Below are positions 51,952 to 64,000 of a stretch of DNA of 64,000 nucleotides, piece after piece. Position 1 is the stretch's first letter. Each line of letters begins with the position of its first letter. Origin of the DNA: Selaginella moellendorffii (taxonomy: Eukaryota > Plantae > Lycopodiophyta); the NCBI RefSeq assembly GCF_000143415.4, contig NW_003314266.1, forward strand, positions 1,386,463-1,450,462. Direction: 5' to 3'. The position numbers and the translations under genes were made by a program. Below the pieces are notes generated by a model. The model did not search any database and had not been told where the DNA came from. It saw only the letters and a list, made by a program, of their open reading frames with translations.

Positions 51952-51995
51952 TCAGGCGCCCGGAGAGACTCCCAGCCCAGAAAGAAGAAGCACAA

Positions 51996-52074
51996 AAACC
52001 CTAGGACGCAAATGAGGCAAGGACAGCTCTGTCGTTCGATCACCGAGCCCTCCCAGCCGTCGGATCTGGGCCCA
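51996..52074. promoter_or_regulatory. Telo-box and site II element upstream of ARF1
   Basis: AAACCCTA near 51996 and palindromic TGGGCCCA at 52067-52074, a typical plant housekeeping-promoter pair. Confidence 0.55.
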
Positions 52075-52139
52075 AAACACGTTTATAGACTCCTGCCGAC
52101 CGTTAGATTTTTATAAAGCTCGCATGTAGGAAATTCTCT

Positions 52140-54319
52140 CTAGTGCCATCCCAGGTACTGGTTGAGAAGCACGACTAAACCAAGCGACAGTGGATAGAGA
52201 AGAAACGCTCCAAACGCCATGAAGAGTGGAATCGTCGTGAAAATCCCACCCACGCACCCCATCGCCATGGTTGCTAGAGCCATGATCAAAACTTCCGCCG
52301 AGAAATCCCACACCAGGCCTCGAGCAGCCACGATCGCCAGGAACAGCCCCAAGCAAAGCGTGTTATTGAGCACAACGGAGCCATAGAGCTGTGTGAAAGA
52401 CAAGAACAAAAGCGTAAGTTCAAGCGAGCTTTCTACAGAGATTTCCAGAGTACCTGAGAGTAAGTTACCGAGATTCCACGCTTCTGCTTCTTCGAAGCAA
52501 AAGTGATGGAAGAGATCACCTCGCTGGAGCTCGTCGCGATCGGTGTCACCACGAAGGAGACGAAGAAGGCCGGGATGTGAGAGGCCCTGGAGAAATCGTC
52601 GATGGTGTCCACCAGAGGAGCAGCAAAGATGCACGCCAGTGCCATCCCTCCCAGCAAGCACGCCGTGGCTGTCACTAGGATTCCTCCGAGAGTACTCGGC
52701 GGTGGTTCTTCCACGACGTCCACTTCTTGTATAGTGGTAGTAACACCATTGGGATCTTCGGTATCTTCGGGAGCGTGAACTTCTTCGTCCTCTAAAAGAG
52801 CATATAGAGAGGACTGAGCTTCCTGTACGAAGAAAAAATAAATGAAAAGAATCGCGGACCAACTGTGAAAGTAACGCTACATACCTTTGCAATCTCTGCC
52901 CAGTGTCCAGAGGTGGTACGATCCCCCTTAAAGGAACGATGCTTCACAAACTCGAGTCCGAGCTTGGAACTGTTGAGCCAGTTTGCCATCCCTTCTTCAA
53001 ACTCGACCAAGGAAAGCTTGCCGTCCCTCTCGTGATCAAACTCTTCCATCCAGATCTTCGCTTCCAGTCCTTCGGGGATATTGCTGTCATGAGTCAGGCC
53101 AATGGTTTTTATAAAGTTTTTCAGCTCCCTCTCTGAAAGGAGCCCGTCACCGTTCTGGTCGAAGAAATGAAACAGCCTGTACGAAACCAACAACAAACAG
53201 TCGTTTTAGTCTAAAAAATGTCAAATACGACAAGCAACGAACCTTCGAAGGACTTCGTAATTCAGTAACTTCTCCCCGTTCAGCAAAAGATCTCCCCACC
53301 GTTTCTGACGAGAATAAATGTGAGCTCGGTGTAGAGCATGAGATCTTCTGTAGCGATGCCTGTGCCAGTCTACCATTACTTGTTGGATCCATGGAGTCAT
53401 CACCTATGAAAGGGAAAAACATATCACCACACTGCCGCAGCAAAGTTACCTGGTACACGCAGTATGCTACGAAGCCGAGAAAAGCCATGGCGCTGCCAAT
53501 GATCACAAACACTCTACTCAGCGCAGGCGCCCCGAGAATTTGCGGAAGCTGGACGACGATGCATGGTAACACACTCAAGACTAATATCCACGCTACGTAA
53601 GTTGTCTGTTTCGTCAGAGTGACTCCAGTCTCTGCAAAGTAATCCGAAGCTAAGCAAAAATAAAATCTGAAAGAGACAAAGAACAGTACCAGTGAGATGG
53701 AATCCTTTGGTGAGAGTTTTCTCTCTCGCGTACTTGTGACCATTTATCTCGTAGAGATCGCAGCGCCCGACGATCAGCGCAGTCCCCCAGAGCATTGTAA
53801 GCAGAAGAACAGTAGAACCCGCTAGAACACCCATGCCGATCATCACCTGGGACTGGGCCGTTTCCTTGTCTCCGAAGATCCCAGAAACTATCAACCAAGA
53901 ACTATCAAACGACCAAAGAGAAAGAAGCAAGTGGAAGGAAAAGACCTGGAACTCTTACCGAGAATCACCGCTGCGTCTGGAATGGTACAAATGATTGGGA
54001 GGCAAAGGCCACCGACGATCCCCGGGTGCGCGATCTCCAGCAGCAGCTCGCTGCCATTGAGGAGGAGCTGCGCGGCCTTGACGAACGCGTAGCTGTAGAC
54101 GATGAGCAAGAAGACGCTGCCTCCCAGCTTTTCGGAGCACGGGAAAATCCCATAGCTCTCCTGGCACGCCTTGCCCTCGCGGCGGAGGAGAGAAAGAGGA
54201 TCGGCGGTCTCTACCTGCATTGGACGCTCCGCGGAGGGACGATCATGGGAGCTCGAAACCCTAGCGAGTTCTTGCGCGCAACAAACCAGCAAAAGCAACA
54301 CCACAGGCGTCCGCCACAT
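52140..54319 (-). CDS. NCL: Na+/Ca2+ exchanger-like protein with EF hands (NCL/EF-CAX), multi-exon
   Basis: Signal peptide, CQESYGIFPCS, PGIVGGLCLP, GMGVLAGSTVLLLT, EF hands DQNGDGLLSERE and DHERDGKLSLVE, PLVDTIDDFS, YGSVVLNNTLCL, WDFSAEV. Confidence 0.92.
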
Positions 54320-54498
54320 TTTCCCTTCCAAATGGCCAACCGAAAGGGCAAAGACAAGGAAGTCCACGTGCTTTACACGTTGGCAGAGACGTGGCTTGCG
54401 TGGCAAGACGGATTTGTGCCACGCAAAGTCAAAAGATTGACAAGTAGGCATAGCACAGACACGTGTAACGCTACGTGTACAGGGGTTTTAGGGTTGTT
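54320..54498. promoter_or_regulatory. Candidate 179-bp bidirectional promoter between NCL and the RRM gene
   Basis: Divergent ATGs, with ACGT-core boxes at 54365 (CACGTG), 54388 (GACGTGGC), 54460 (CACGTG) and 54472 (TACGTG). Confidence 0.55.
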
Positions 54499-55063
54499 AT
54501 GGCGGTGAGCAACCGGGTGCTGCGCAATCGGCCCAAGGCGCGCTACATGAGAGCGTGCAAGCTATATGTAAATGGTCCAGTACTCGCTTCTTCGCTACAG
54601 CTCCACTCTCGCTCTTTGTTTCCGGCATTGCAGGCCTCGCGTGGGGAGTCGATGATCTATCGCTGCGCGGCGCGTTTGAGGAGTTCGGCGACGTGATTGA
54701 CAGTGAGTTCTTGGCGATTGCACGGCAATGCGGGCTCGATTTCACTGAATTCTTCTTGTTTCCAGCGAAAGTCATGACCAATCCAGACACTGGGAGATCA
54801 AAGGGCTTTGGATTCGTGACATTCAAGCGGGAGGACGAAGCCAAGGAAGCGCTGGAATCCATGGACGGGAAGGTACTCTGCGGGCGAGTTCTTCGAATTC
54901 TTCGCTGAAATCTTTGATGGATCGTTTCCAGGACTTCGCCGGTCGCAGCATTCGCGTCGATTACGCCAAAACACAGAAGGAAATGCAGCAAAACCCGCCG
55001 AGCTACCGGAACTTCCTCGACCTCCTCTCGGAGATTCCCAATACGAAGAGCATTGCGAGCTAA
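54499..55063 (+). CDS. Single-RRM RNA-binding protein (GR-RBP/ORRM-like, no Gly tail), four exons
   Basis: [48 protein letters not shown] after splicing three GT-AG introns. Confidence 0.88.
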
Positions 55064-55221
55064 AAGAAAAGAAAATTTAGGGTTATTCGGGGTTGATTAT
55101 TTACTAATAACAAATGTGTGCTTAGTAGTAATCAGGGTTTAAGAGGTAAATATCTTAGCTAGGGTTTCTCTAAGCCCTTAAACCCTAGCCCTCGCATTTT
55201 CTATTGCGCTGCGCAGCGGCT

Positions 55222-56003
55222 ATGGCGATGTCCTCTTCGATCGGGCGCGCCCTGAGGAAGGCCGCAAGCGCGCGCACCTTGGCGCCGCAAACGAGCGCCG
55301 CCATGGCGGCCGCGAGCGTCTCCGTGCCGGTGATGCAGATTCTCAGCCGCTCCTATGCTTCCAAGCTTTTCATTGGCGGTAAGCTCACTTTCGGGGATTT
55401 CTTCGTTTTGGGTCTAATGGATCGTCCGCAGGCCTTGCTTGGGGCGTTGATGATGGAACCTTGAGGACCGCATTTGCGAACTACGGCGAAGTCACGGAAG
55501 GTACTCTTAGTGGCTATCTTTGATCTTTTCTTGTTTGCCTAGCATTGGTTTTCCTTTTTCTTTTCTCTAGCATTGGGCTTGCTCTCTGGCATGGCCTTTT
55601 CTTTCTGTGTTCTTGCAATGTCCTCTCTAACAGTGTTCTCTCCGTGCCAGCGAGAGTTATAATGGATCGTGAGACTGGAAGGTCGAGAGGATTCGGCTTC
55701 GTTACCTTTGAGAACGACAACGAAGCGAAAGCAGCAGTCCAAGGAATGGACGGCCATGTAAGCTCGAAAAAATCTCTTTTTGGGAGCCTTTTAGGAGCTT
55801 GCTAACTTAGTTGTCTTTTCACTTTCCAGGAGCTCGGCGGCCGTAGCATTCGCGTCGACTACGCCTCGGACAGGCCATCAGCTCCCAGACAAGACTTCGG
55901 GGGCGGCGGTGGCTTTGGCGGTGGCGGCGGTGGCTACGGCGGTGGTGGTGGTGGCTTCGGTGGCAGTGGTGGTGCCTATGGCGGAGGCAACGAAGTAATG
56001 TGA
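55222..56003 (+). CDS. Glycine-rich RRM protein with probable mitochondrial presequence (GR-RBP2/3, ORRM-like), four exons
   Basis: Ala/Ser/Arg-rich N-terminus ending [44 protein letters not shown] and a Gly-rich tail. Confidence 0.92.
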
Positions 56004-56288
56004 GATCGAGAGAACACACAGGAACTGCCAATGCCTATTTAACATAAGAAAAAGAAAAGGAGGGCTTTTTGATAGGAGTGTGATAGAAAATTTGAGAACA
56101 ATGTATTTGACTTCTATAGAGTTTTCGTGGAACATTTCAAAGCAAAGAGTTCTGGTTGTCTCAAAATCTTTTTTTTAACCATTGCAAAACACCATGGTTG
56201 TCTCAAAATCGATTTCTTGGCCACGAGTGTTCCTCCACGACATTTGGAAGGAACGCAAACGTGGAGAGTGAGTGGGCTTGGCTAGAAC

Positions 56289-57935
56289 TTAACAAGCGCC
56301 TACTTCCACCAGGATGAACTGTTCTTCCTCGAGATATTGTAAGTACCAGGCAAGAGCACCAAACGCAAAGAAGCAAATCCAAAACACCAGCAGCAGGACG
56401 TGGTATGGCCCCCGGAGCGTGTGCCTCAGTGACTGCTGGTAGCTGCTCTTGTGGCGGCTCCGCCCAACCGGTGGCCTCAACTGGAACGGCTTGTCGAGGC
56501 AGTGCTGCGTGAGCCTCTTGCCAGGAGCAAGCGGCCCAAACGTTCTCGTTCGCTTCAAAGGGTTGGGCCTCGCCGGCCTGCTTAGCTCCAGCGATGGCGG
56601 AGGTGGGCTTGGTGATCCAGAGGTAGAAGCTGGAGCCGACGATGGTCTCCTCTGCGAGAGAAAGAGAGAAAATCTAGCGTTAGAACTCGATGAAGAGATA
56701 TGAAAGCTTTGAGAACTTCTACGTACCCGCTTCGGCAAATCATCAGCCGTTCTTGGTGGCGAGCAGGAGCACCAGAGCGACCTCATTCCTTTTGTCACCT
56801 GGAGACAATGCCAAGCTACACACATGAAAATTCTCAGAGCTTGCCAAACCGAAAGTCCGTAGAGTTTATGCTTACCATTCGCAGCCTTCCACGCTCGTGT
56901 CTAGACTGCCTCTCTACCAAAAGCGCCTCAGCCATCTTGACATAAAACTCTTTGGCTTGCTTCTGTAAAACAAAAACCACCAGAAACTCCTGTCATACTT
57001 CTATAGCCACTGTGCTTTGCTGTTTTCTCCAGCAAATTTTTTTCTTTCGTTGGTTTTTTCCTCCTGTCAATGGCTTCCGTCCCTGTCCCTGGCTGGTCCT
57101 TTTCTTTTTCCCCCCGAGCCTATGCTAATCCTCTACCACCACCAGATCGAGATTACTTGTTCTGTGCCAACCTCAAGGAAAAAAACTTGCATCCCGTCGA
57201 GTCATCTTCATCCTCGTCTTCGCAAAGGTCCTCCAGATTGCTGGTACTCGGAGGGAAATCCGGGAACTTCCGCTCGATAAACTCGGGCTCCGAGTCCTGG
57301 ACTTCCTCCATCATGCCCCTCCACAGCTCCATACTTCTCGTGTCGTTGACGATATCCTCGCGAATAGCATCATACGTGCAGTAGTGATTCTCCAGGGAGC
57401 ACTTCTGCCTTTCAATCTCCTCGTCAAACGAGTTAAACCTCGCAGCATTCCTCTCGATCAAGTCCGAGCTCAGCAAAAACGGGCCACCGCTACCAATGCC
57501 ACCATTCTTTGCTTTGTTTCGACGGGTCTTCCAGAGCAAGGGTGGTCGCTTGAGTGGCTTTCTTGGGGAAACTTTCGCCGGTAGCTGTGGCTTTTCATCT
57601 TTGAGAGATGCTGGAGAGACCCCTTCGTACTGCTGAGAACTCTCATCCTTCGGCCTCGCCTTTGGAAAATCGAACCAAGAAAGAAAGAAACCCGGATCAA
57701 CCGTCTAGCCTTTGGGAATTCTCTGGTAGCTAAAATCTCAGTGCTTCCTGCCCCATCTCTATCTAGCCTTTCCCTGGTTTTCGGAGAGAAGAGAGCTTAC
57801 CCTGGGTGGAAGACCATCCGCCTTGTTCTCGGACAGCCACGAGATGAGATCATCGACCCTCATTCTCTGCAAATCCTGGAGCGATTGCGGGTCGTAGCTG
57901 GAGGACGAGGACGCCGAAGTGTGATCCGGCGCCAT
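56289..57935 (-). CDS. Unknown multi-exon protein with a C-terminal transmembrane helix
   Basis: ATG 57935 (MAPDHTSASSSSSYDPQSLQ...), GT-AG introns, coding-like exons 57153-57539 and 56289-56650, ending YHVLLLVFWICFFAFGALAWYLQYLEEEQFILVEVGAC. Confidence 0.6.
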
Positions 57936-58679
57936 TCAGAAGCCCTAGCGCAACTCGACCGCCATTCCCGGAGCACGGGAAAGAATTCGAAAAGTTGCGC
58001 CTGTTGATGACGTGTAGACTAATTATGTTAAATTAGTCCTCATTGCAAAAAGGGTAAAGTGTGTCTACCAAAAAACTACCTCTATATGATTATAGCGGCT
58101 ATTTGGAGCTTGAGTTAGACTTGAACAGATCTAAGGATGATGTCGTCAACAAGGAGAGATGAAAAGCAGCCAATCAATCCTCCCAAAATTTCAATTCAAC
58201 GAGCTAGAATCCCAAACGATGGGGCATCCGGAATCATTGCAGCTTAAGAATACTGCAACCACTGCACTGCTTCCAATAAAATGAGCTGGAAGCCCAGATA
58301 TACCACAAGGAATGAAAATAATTCAAGACTTCTTCATAAATGAAGTTACTGAGTCAAGGTTCACTTGAACAGACAATGTTCAAAAGAAATGTTCTGATAG
58401 CTATCCTTGATGTTGTAGAAGATGTGGGGAGTCTGTGTTTTGATAGGAATTTTAATCCTATGGTTCAGACAAAGTCAAGCCATTGTTTCATGCCAAACAA
58501 GCATGCCTTTGCATTTCATATAGATATCTTTGTGTTACAAATCACCAGAAACTGGTTGATATTGCCATCTGTTTGAGAAAATTAAGTCCAGAAACTGTTG
58601 ACTCATGCAAGTCGGAGGAGAGTGTGGTAGTGTGAATGCCAACAGCTGCAACTGCTACAGTGAAAACTGCGGGAGACAG

Positions 58680-58965
58680 GCTGAGTCATTGTTGTCATTA
58701 CGCTGGTCAATATCTGCATGGACAACTCGAGCCATAGAATTCTTCTCTGTGTCACTGTTATTGCACCAACTGAAATGCAATTGTGGCATTGAGCTGCTGG
58801 CATTGCAAAACAAGCTGAGTCATTTTTGTCATTACGCTGGTCAATATCACCATCATGCATGGACGACTCGAGCCATAGAATTCTTCTTTGTGTCAATGAC
58901 ACTCAATGCAGAATTTTATGTTCTAAACTTGATAGAAATGCACTGTTATTGCACCAACTGAAATG
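58680..58965. repeat. Local tandem duplication (two copies of about 100 bp, the second with an insertion)
   Basis: GCTGAGTCATT...TTACGCTGGTCAATATC...CTCGAGCCATAGAATTCTTC...CACTGTTATTGCACCAACTGAAATG occurs twice. Confidence 0.8.
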
Positions 58966-59345
58966 AGGAAACCCATCTCTCAAGTGAGACAAGTGCTATA
59001 TATTGTTGATGTAATTTTTTTTTAATAACTTATCATTTAATATTTTTCAGAAGGTTTTAAAGTTTTTTTAATTTGATTTAGCCATTAATTCGGCTCACAA
59101 TAGAGACTTGAATCCATGTCCTAAATTCCACAGCACATTCCAGATTGGCCTCATGGCAACACTAGACCACCAGAATTTGCTGATTGTTTATACTTGCACT
59201 TATTAAAAGCTTTCCTTAACCCTAAACTAACTTTGAATCATATAATACTTTAAAAAATATATAAATATATACATTTTATTTTATAAAAATCTTCATAATG
59301 TTTTTAGTACCTACTATTAAAAACTCGCGCCTGAATCTGGATTGA

Positions 59346-60954
59346 TTAAATCCCAGGCTTTAGGGCTAGAGCATGGGCGGGCAAGCGCGGCACCGGCAGG
59401 AGCTGGAGAGGCGCTGCTCTGGCGACAGTCATCCCGAAGTGCTCCTGCATGTCTACCTTGCCGGTGCCATTATCGGCTCCGGGTATGATCCAGTTGAATG
59501 CGTGCAACAAGCTTCCAACGGCCAGCATGACATTGGTATGACCCAGCTGCATCCCCGGGCACATTCTGCGTCCTGCACCAAATGGTATCAGCTCAAAGTC
59601 CTGCCCTCGGGCATCGATGCCGACTTTCTCCTCCAGGAACCTCTCCGGCTTGAATCGGTGCGCCTCCTTCCACAGCGTCTCATCTCTTCCAATTGCATAT
59701 GCATTTATGAAGACTCGCGTTCTTGCAGGAACACCCCATTTGGCGCTGATCATGCAGGCTTGGGCAGAGTTCTCGCGGGGATAAATTGGGACTGGCGGGT
59801 GTAGCCTAAGTGTTTCGTTGATAACTGCTTGGAGGTACGTGAGACTTCGGATATCCGACTCTTGCATGGTACGTTCTTGGCCTATCACTTCATCCAATTC
59901 GGCTTGTACCTTGGCCAGCGCAGCAGGATGATTCAGTAGCTCTGAAATTGCCCACTCCGATGTGATTGAGGCAGTGTCAGTGCTTGCCGCGAGCATGTCC
60001 TGCATCAAACAAAGCAAACAATCTTAATGCTTGGGCTTTTCAGGCGGGAGTAGCTTTCATTACCACTGTCATTGCTTTGATATGGGCGTCGTTCGCGTCG
60101 CTGTCCATTAGCATGACATCGATAAAGTTCTCATGCTGCATGCTTGGTTGCGATTTTCCCAATTTTTCTCGATGCCGATCAATTTCGCTCTCCAGGATCT
60201 TGTCAACACGCTTGTGCACAGAGGCCAGCTTGTACACTTGCTTGTCGACCCACGTGAGCCACGGAAAGAAAGTTGCAATATGCATTCCAGTGCCTTCTCG
60301 AACGAATTCCATGAGACCCTCCTTAATGCTACGCGCTTGCTCCTCTTCATCTCTGCTGCTTGCGCTGCTGGAGTGGCTCTTGCCTGTGACCATCTTGAGC
60401 ATTACGTTGAAGGCGAAGTCGGAGAGTTTGTTGGTCAAGTTCACAACAGCACCATCGTCAGCACATTTCCACAGGTCTGCAAGCAAAAGACCCATTTCCA
60501 ATTTTCGATTTGGTTCAGCAGATTCAACTCTTTTTGTTGACAGCAGTTGTACTGTGCAGAGCTTCCTGGCTTGTCTCCAGTGCTCACCATACTGTGCAAA
60601 GATTATACCTCGTCCACCATAGCTAGCATATTTGGCCTCCAGATGCTCGGGCTTCATTGCAAACTCAGGATCGAGAGTCTTGAGAACAATTTTGGCAGCA
60701 TCTGGTGAAGAGACAACAAGGGTGTTCAAGCTGCCAAGCTTAAGAAACATGAACTCTCCATACTTTTTGGACAGCTCTAGCATGGAGTGATGGGGAAGAT
60801 CTCCTATCAAGTGAAGATGGCCAATGACAGGAAGAGCCGGCGGAGATGGGGGAAGACTGAATTGCTGCTTACTTCTTGAAAAACGATTTAGGATGAAGCA
60901 GAAGAGGGAAACAATGAAGGCGACCAAAGGCAATTCAAGCAGCAAGGAATCCAT
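59346..60954 (-). CDS. Cytochrome P450, CYP71 clan, single intron 60000-60063
   Basis: Membrane anchor plus LPPSPPALPVIGHLHL, YGEHWRQARK, AASTDT, ETLRLHPP, PERF and heme motif FGAGRRMCPG. Confidence 0.96.
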
Positions 60955-61429
60955 TGAGCACGGTCGGACCTGCCTTGCTTATACTGCTGTTGTTGGTGCA
61001 GGAAAAAAGCATATTTAAACAAACAAGAGAGGGAAGATCGGACTCACAGCATCTACTGTAGTACTGTAGTTGTTGGCTCACTCTTGACTTTGTGAAGCCC
61101 AAACACGCTCCAACCGTTGTCAGATGTTATAGTCAAGGCAAAGTCAAGCGTAGCTGAAAACCAGAAATTTATTATTTCATGTTTCTATTTCTTTGTTTAT
61201 TTTTGTTTATATTAATCTGCATGGCATAATTGAAGGTTCTGATATGAATTATTAAAGTAATTTATAATAAAGGACAACTTGGTAAAAATGAAAACAACCA
61301 AGAACTAAAAACAACCTCAAGGACAACTAAAGATAATTGAGGTCAACTAAATACAACGGAATGCAAATGAACCCAGATGGTAATTTGTAAATTGGCTCAG
61401 AGAAATCAAATTTTAAAATATTCACAAAG

Positions 61430-63500
61430 CAAATGTTTCATGGCATACATTGCTTGGGTGGGGGCAGGGAAGGTGATTTGATTGCACAACCAACGATGAT
61501 GGGCAGGCTAAGACTTACAATGCTTGTGACAATGAGAGAGGGTGCGTGGGCAGTAGTAGGGCAACAGTCGGCTACAATTCACACTGCCAAGGGATTGGGT
61601 ATGGGTGAGAATGTTTAATTGCATACATGCATAAAACTTGCTTGGCGCGAATGAAATGGGTAGACAGGGAGGAAAGAAGAGGCAAACAGTCCCAGACATT
61701 GAAGAGCAGATCTCTATGTGAATGTAATGGGAATTCAAGGAGCCTCAACTGTTGAAGCAGCCAAGCAAACATACATAATTAGTTTCCTTTATTTCTCAAA
61801 GGTTAAGCTCTGACAAAAAAATGAGAACACATGAACATATAGAGTAACATGAAAGTGCAAAGCACTACAGTTCAGTCTGTTGTCCCAGTCACAAGCCAAG
61901 GACCTCCAGGCTGAAAGAATTAAGTGCATCATCCGACAAGCAACAGAAGCCCCAAGCTACTTAGCATACTTTCGAACACCGAATAGAACACTCATTTGTG
62001 GCCTACTGTCAATGCAGGTAGTACTAAGGACAGGAGAACCATTTTTTCTGTTGAAACTATTTCAAGTCTCTAATACAAGCATTGATAACTATATAGTCTT
62101 TTGAATAGCAGTGAACTTGTAAAGCTCTACTACCTTGCTAAGAAATAAATAATGGTATTCGACATCAGGCCTGTGAAGGCTTTTTGCTCCAAAGTCCATA
62201 CCAACATCTTCACCAACAAAGGAAAAACAATGTTTTGGCCTCATGGCATCCAGTAGCATTTTCTCTTCTTTGCTGCATTTCCAGCAGACTGGGCAATTAG
62301 GTAGTGAGACTGGTCAAAAGATAAAGTATAGATCTATTCAGGTGTTAGAAAGGGAAGGGGCTAGTTGCCAACACAGAAGAGGCCCTGAATGTTCTGGAAG
62401 CACGCACTTATCACCGAAGAAGAAAATTATTTTTATCCAGTTGAATGGTGGATGGAGAGTAAGGTTTACAGGATTCATGATGTGTTGTTGGCTCTTGCTT
62501 TGCACGTCTTGGAACAGAAGGCCCCAAGTGCTATTTCAAGGATGCAAGGGACGCCTTCAAGGGTAACTATAGCAAGATTTCACTATTCATGTGTGACATT
62601 TCTGAGGATATTCTACCTCGAGAACTTCTGTCAGAGACCTTTGGCTCACAAACCATGAGGAACTTCTGTCCCTCAACCTTAGGTCGGGTTCCTAGAATCT
62701 CAAGCATAGAGATTTCTAGAGGGACATACCTAAGAAGAGCAGGGTCAGAGTTTGCAGCACCATTTGCCTACTTCTGGATCAAAATCCTGGTCTCACTGTA
62801 ATGCCAAGCCTCTCTCTTTCAAAAGTTTGAAGGTTTTGTGCCTGAAAAAGTATAGGTGGAAAGCCTGCCACATAGCATTGGACAGCTCAAGAATGTAGAG
62901 ACTCTGAATTTGTCTTGAACTAAATCAGCATCCAGGTTCACTTGGAAAGTTGTGGGATGTTTCATGCTTCGACAAAGTTGGAGGTGTTGATTATTCATAC
63001 AAATCTGGTCGCAAGCATGTCTCATTTAAAAGAGTTTGGAATAAGGGGTGACGTGTCCAACAGCCGAATGTTTGATATTATGGGGTTTGAAACTTCCATT
63101 ATCAAACTGAGATTGGAGCAGATTTCCGAGGTTTGAGAATTTTGAGAGTTGGAGGCTCTGAGGAAAGTGAATTTAGGGTCATCTCCAGCATGGAGAATTT
63201 GGAAAAACTGAGTATAGGTGGGAATCGCATTGAGTATCTTTTCTTTTTTAACATGGGAAATATTTCTTATGCTCACAAGCCTCTCCCTTAGTCTTTGCAA
63301 GAAATTCATATCTCTATGTTATTACGACAGAGTGACAGCCCTTTATTCAAATGCCCATCACTGCGACGTGTCCAAGTCGAACACTTCGGCGTGCTTGCCT
63401 ACATTGCATTTGGAGGGAGGTTCCCACGACTTGAAATAATATCACTTGAGAGTTTCGGATGTCTCTCTAGATCTTTGTGCCATCCTGTCAGGTCACTGGA
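61430..63500 (+). pseudogene. Decayed NB-ARC-LRR (NLR-like) gene relic
   Basis: Frameshifted P-loop GIHCLGGAGK (about 61442-61473), YLAYF, MHD-like YRIHDVLLALA (about 62470), and LRR remnants LPHSIGQLKNVETLNLS and CPSLRRV...FPRLEIISL. Many stops. Confidence 0.6.
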
Positions 63501-64000
63501 AAAAGAGTCTCAGTATTTCTTCCGCGTCGGAAAGAGTCGTCGATTGAGATATTTTGTTCTCCGGAAGCAAACATTAGGAAACAAAATCTACCATAACCAT
63601 CGACTTACAGTGCTCCATTATCCAGTGAAGTCTGGTACGTCGCTGGCATGCGGAGCTAGGAAATAGGGTGAAACTCTTGGCGATGAGGAGATGAAACGCG
63701 TTGAGAAGATGAAAGAGAATACGCAGTCACTACAAAGTCTGGCTAGCAAGTACTCCGATTCAAAACCTTCAAGCCGTGGTTGCGATGGTTGCAGTAAGTT
63801 GCATGCATTATTTTTTATTCTTTTGTGACAACATGGTTTTGATATATAGTCACTTTCTTCTCTTTGCAAAAGAGTTCCTCAATAAAAACATAGAATCAAA
63901 TCGCTCGAACAAATAAAGCAAGTAATTGGTTCGACTGTAGTCACTCGAGCACCAGTAAGCTTGTCGGCTTCTTTTTCCTCTCACTTGCAAAATGAGGAGC

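Noticed and set aside
56289-56400. Plant KASH protein
   Set aside because: A TM helix and short tail are present, but the C-terminus (EVGAC) lacks the [VIL]PT motif.

Overview
Plant nuclear DNA. Short GT-AG introns (about 50-70 nt), very tight gene spacing and the gene content suggest a Selaginella-like lycophyte; this is inference. (i) 1-3496: a 5'-truncated multi-exon gene that appears to fuse a degenerate beta-class N6/N4 DNA-methyltransferase-like fold, a long acidic/disordered linker and a degenerate FCP1/NIF HAD-like domain. (ii) About 4.3-37.7 kb: a four-level nest of LTR retrotransposons resolved by target-site duplications. An old Ty3/gypsy relic is split by non-coding element B (5562-34316, TSD AACAC). 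B carries two copies of non-coding element A (5726-19667, TSD TTGGG; 25125-32563, TSD TTTAT). The first A copy carries a young Ty1/copia (9262-14120, TSD GTGGA) and a solo A LTR (15499-17203, TSD GATAC). A second solo A LTR (35089-36957) sits in the gypsy relic. (iii) 38.6-64 kb: a gene-rich region with NADK1, an AT-rich repeat block, a BCS1-like AAA ATPase plus a convergent pseudogene, a nuclear-encoded mitochondrial RPS1-like gene, an ATXR1/SDG35-like SET gene, ARF1, NCL, two tandem RRM genes, an unknown tail-anchored protein, a CYP71-clan P450 and an NB-ARC-LRR relic. There is one 100-N gap (23760-23859). All calls are by eye; no searches were run.
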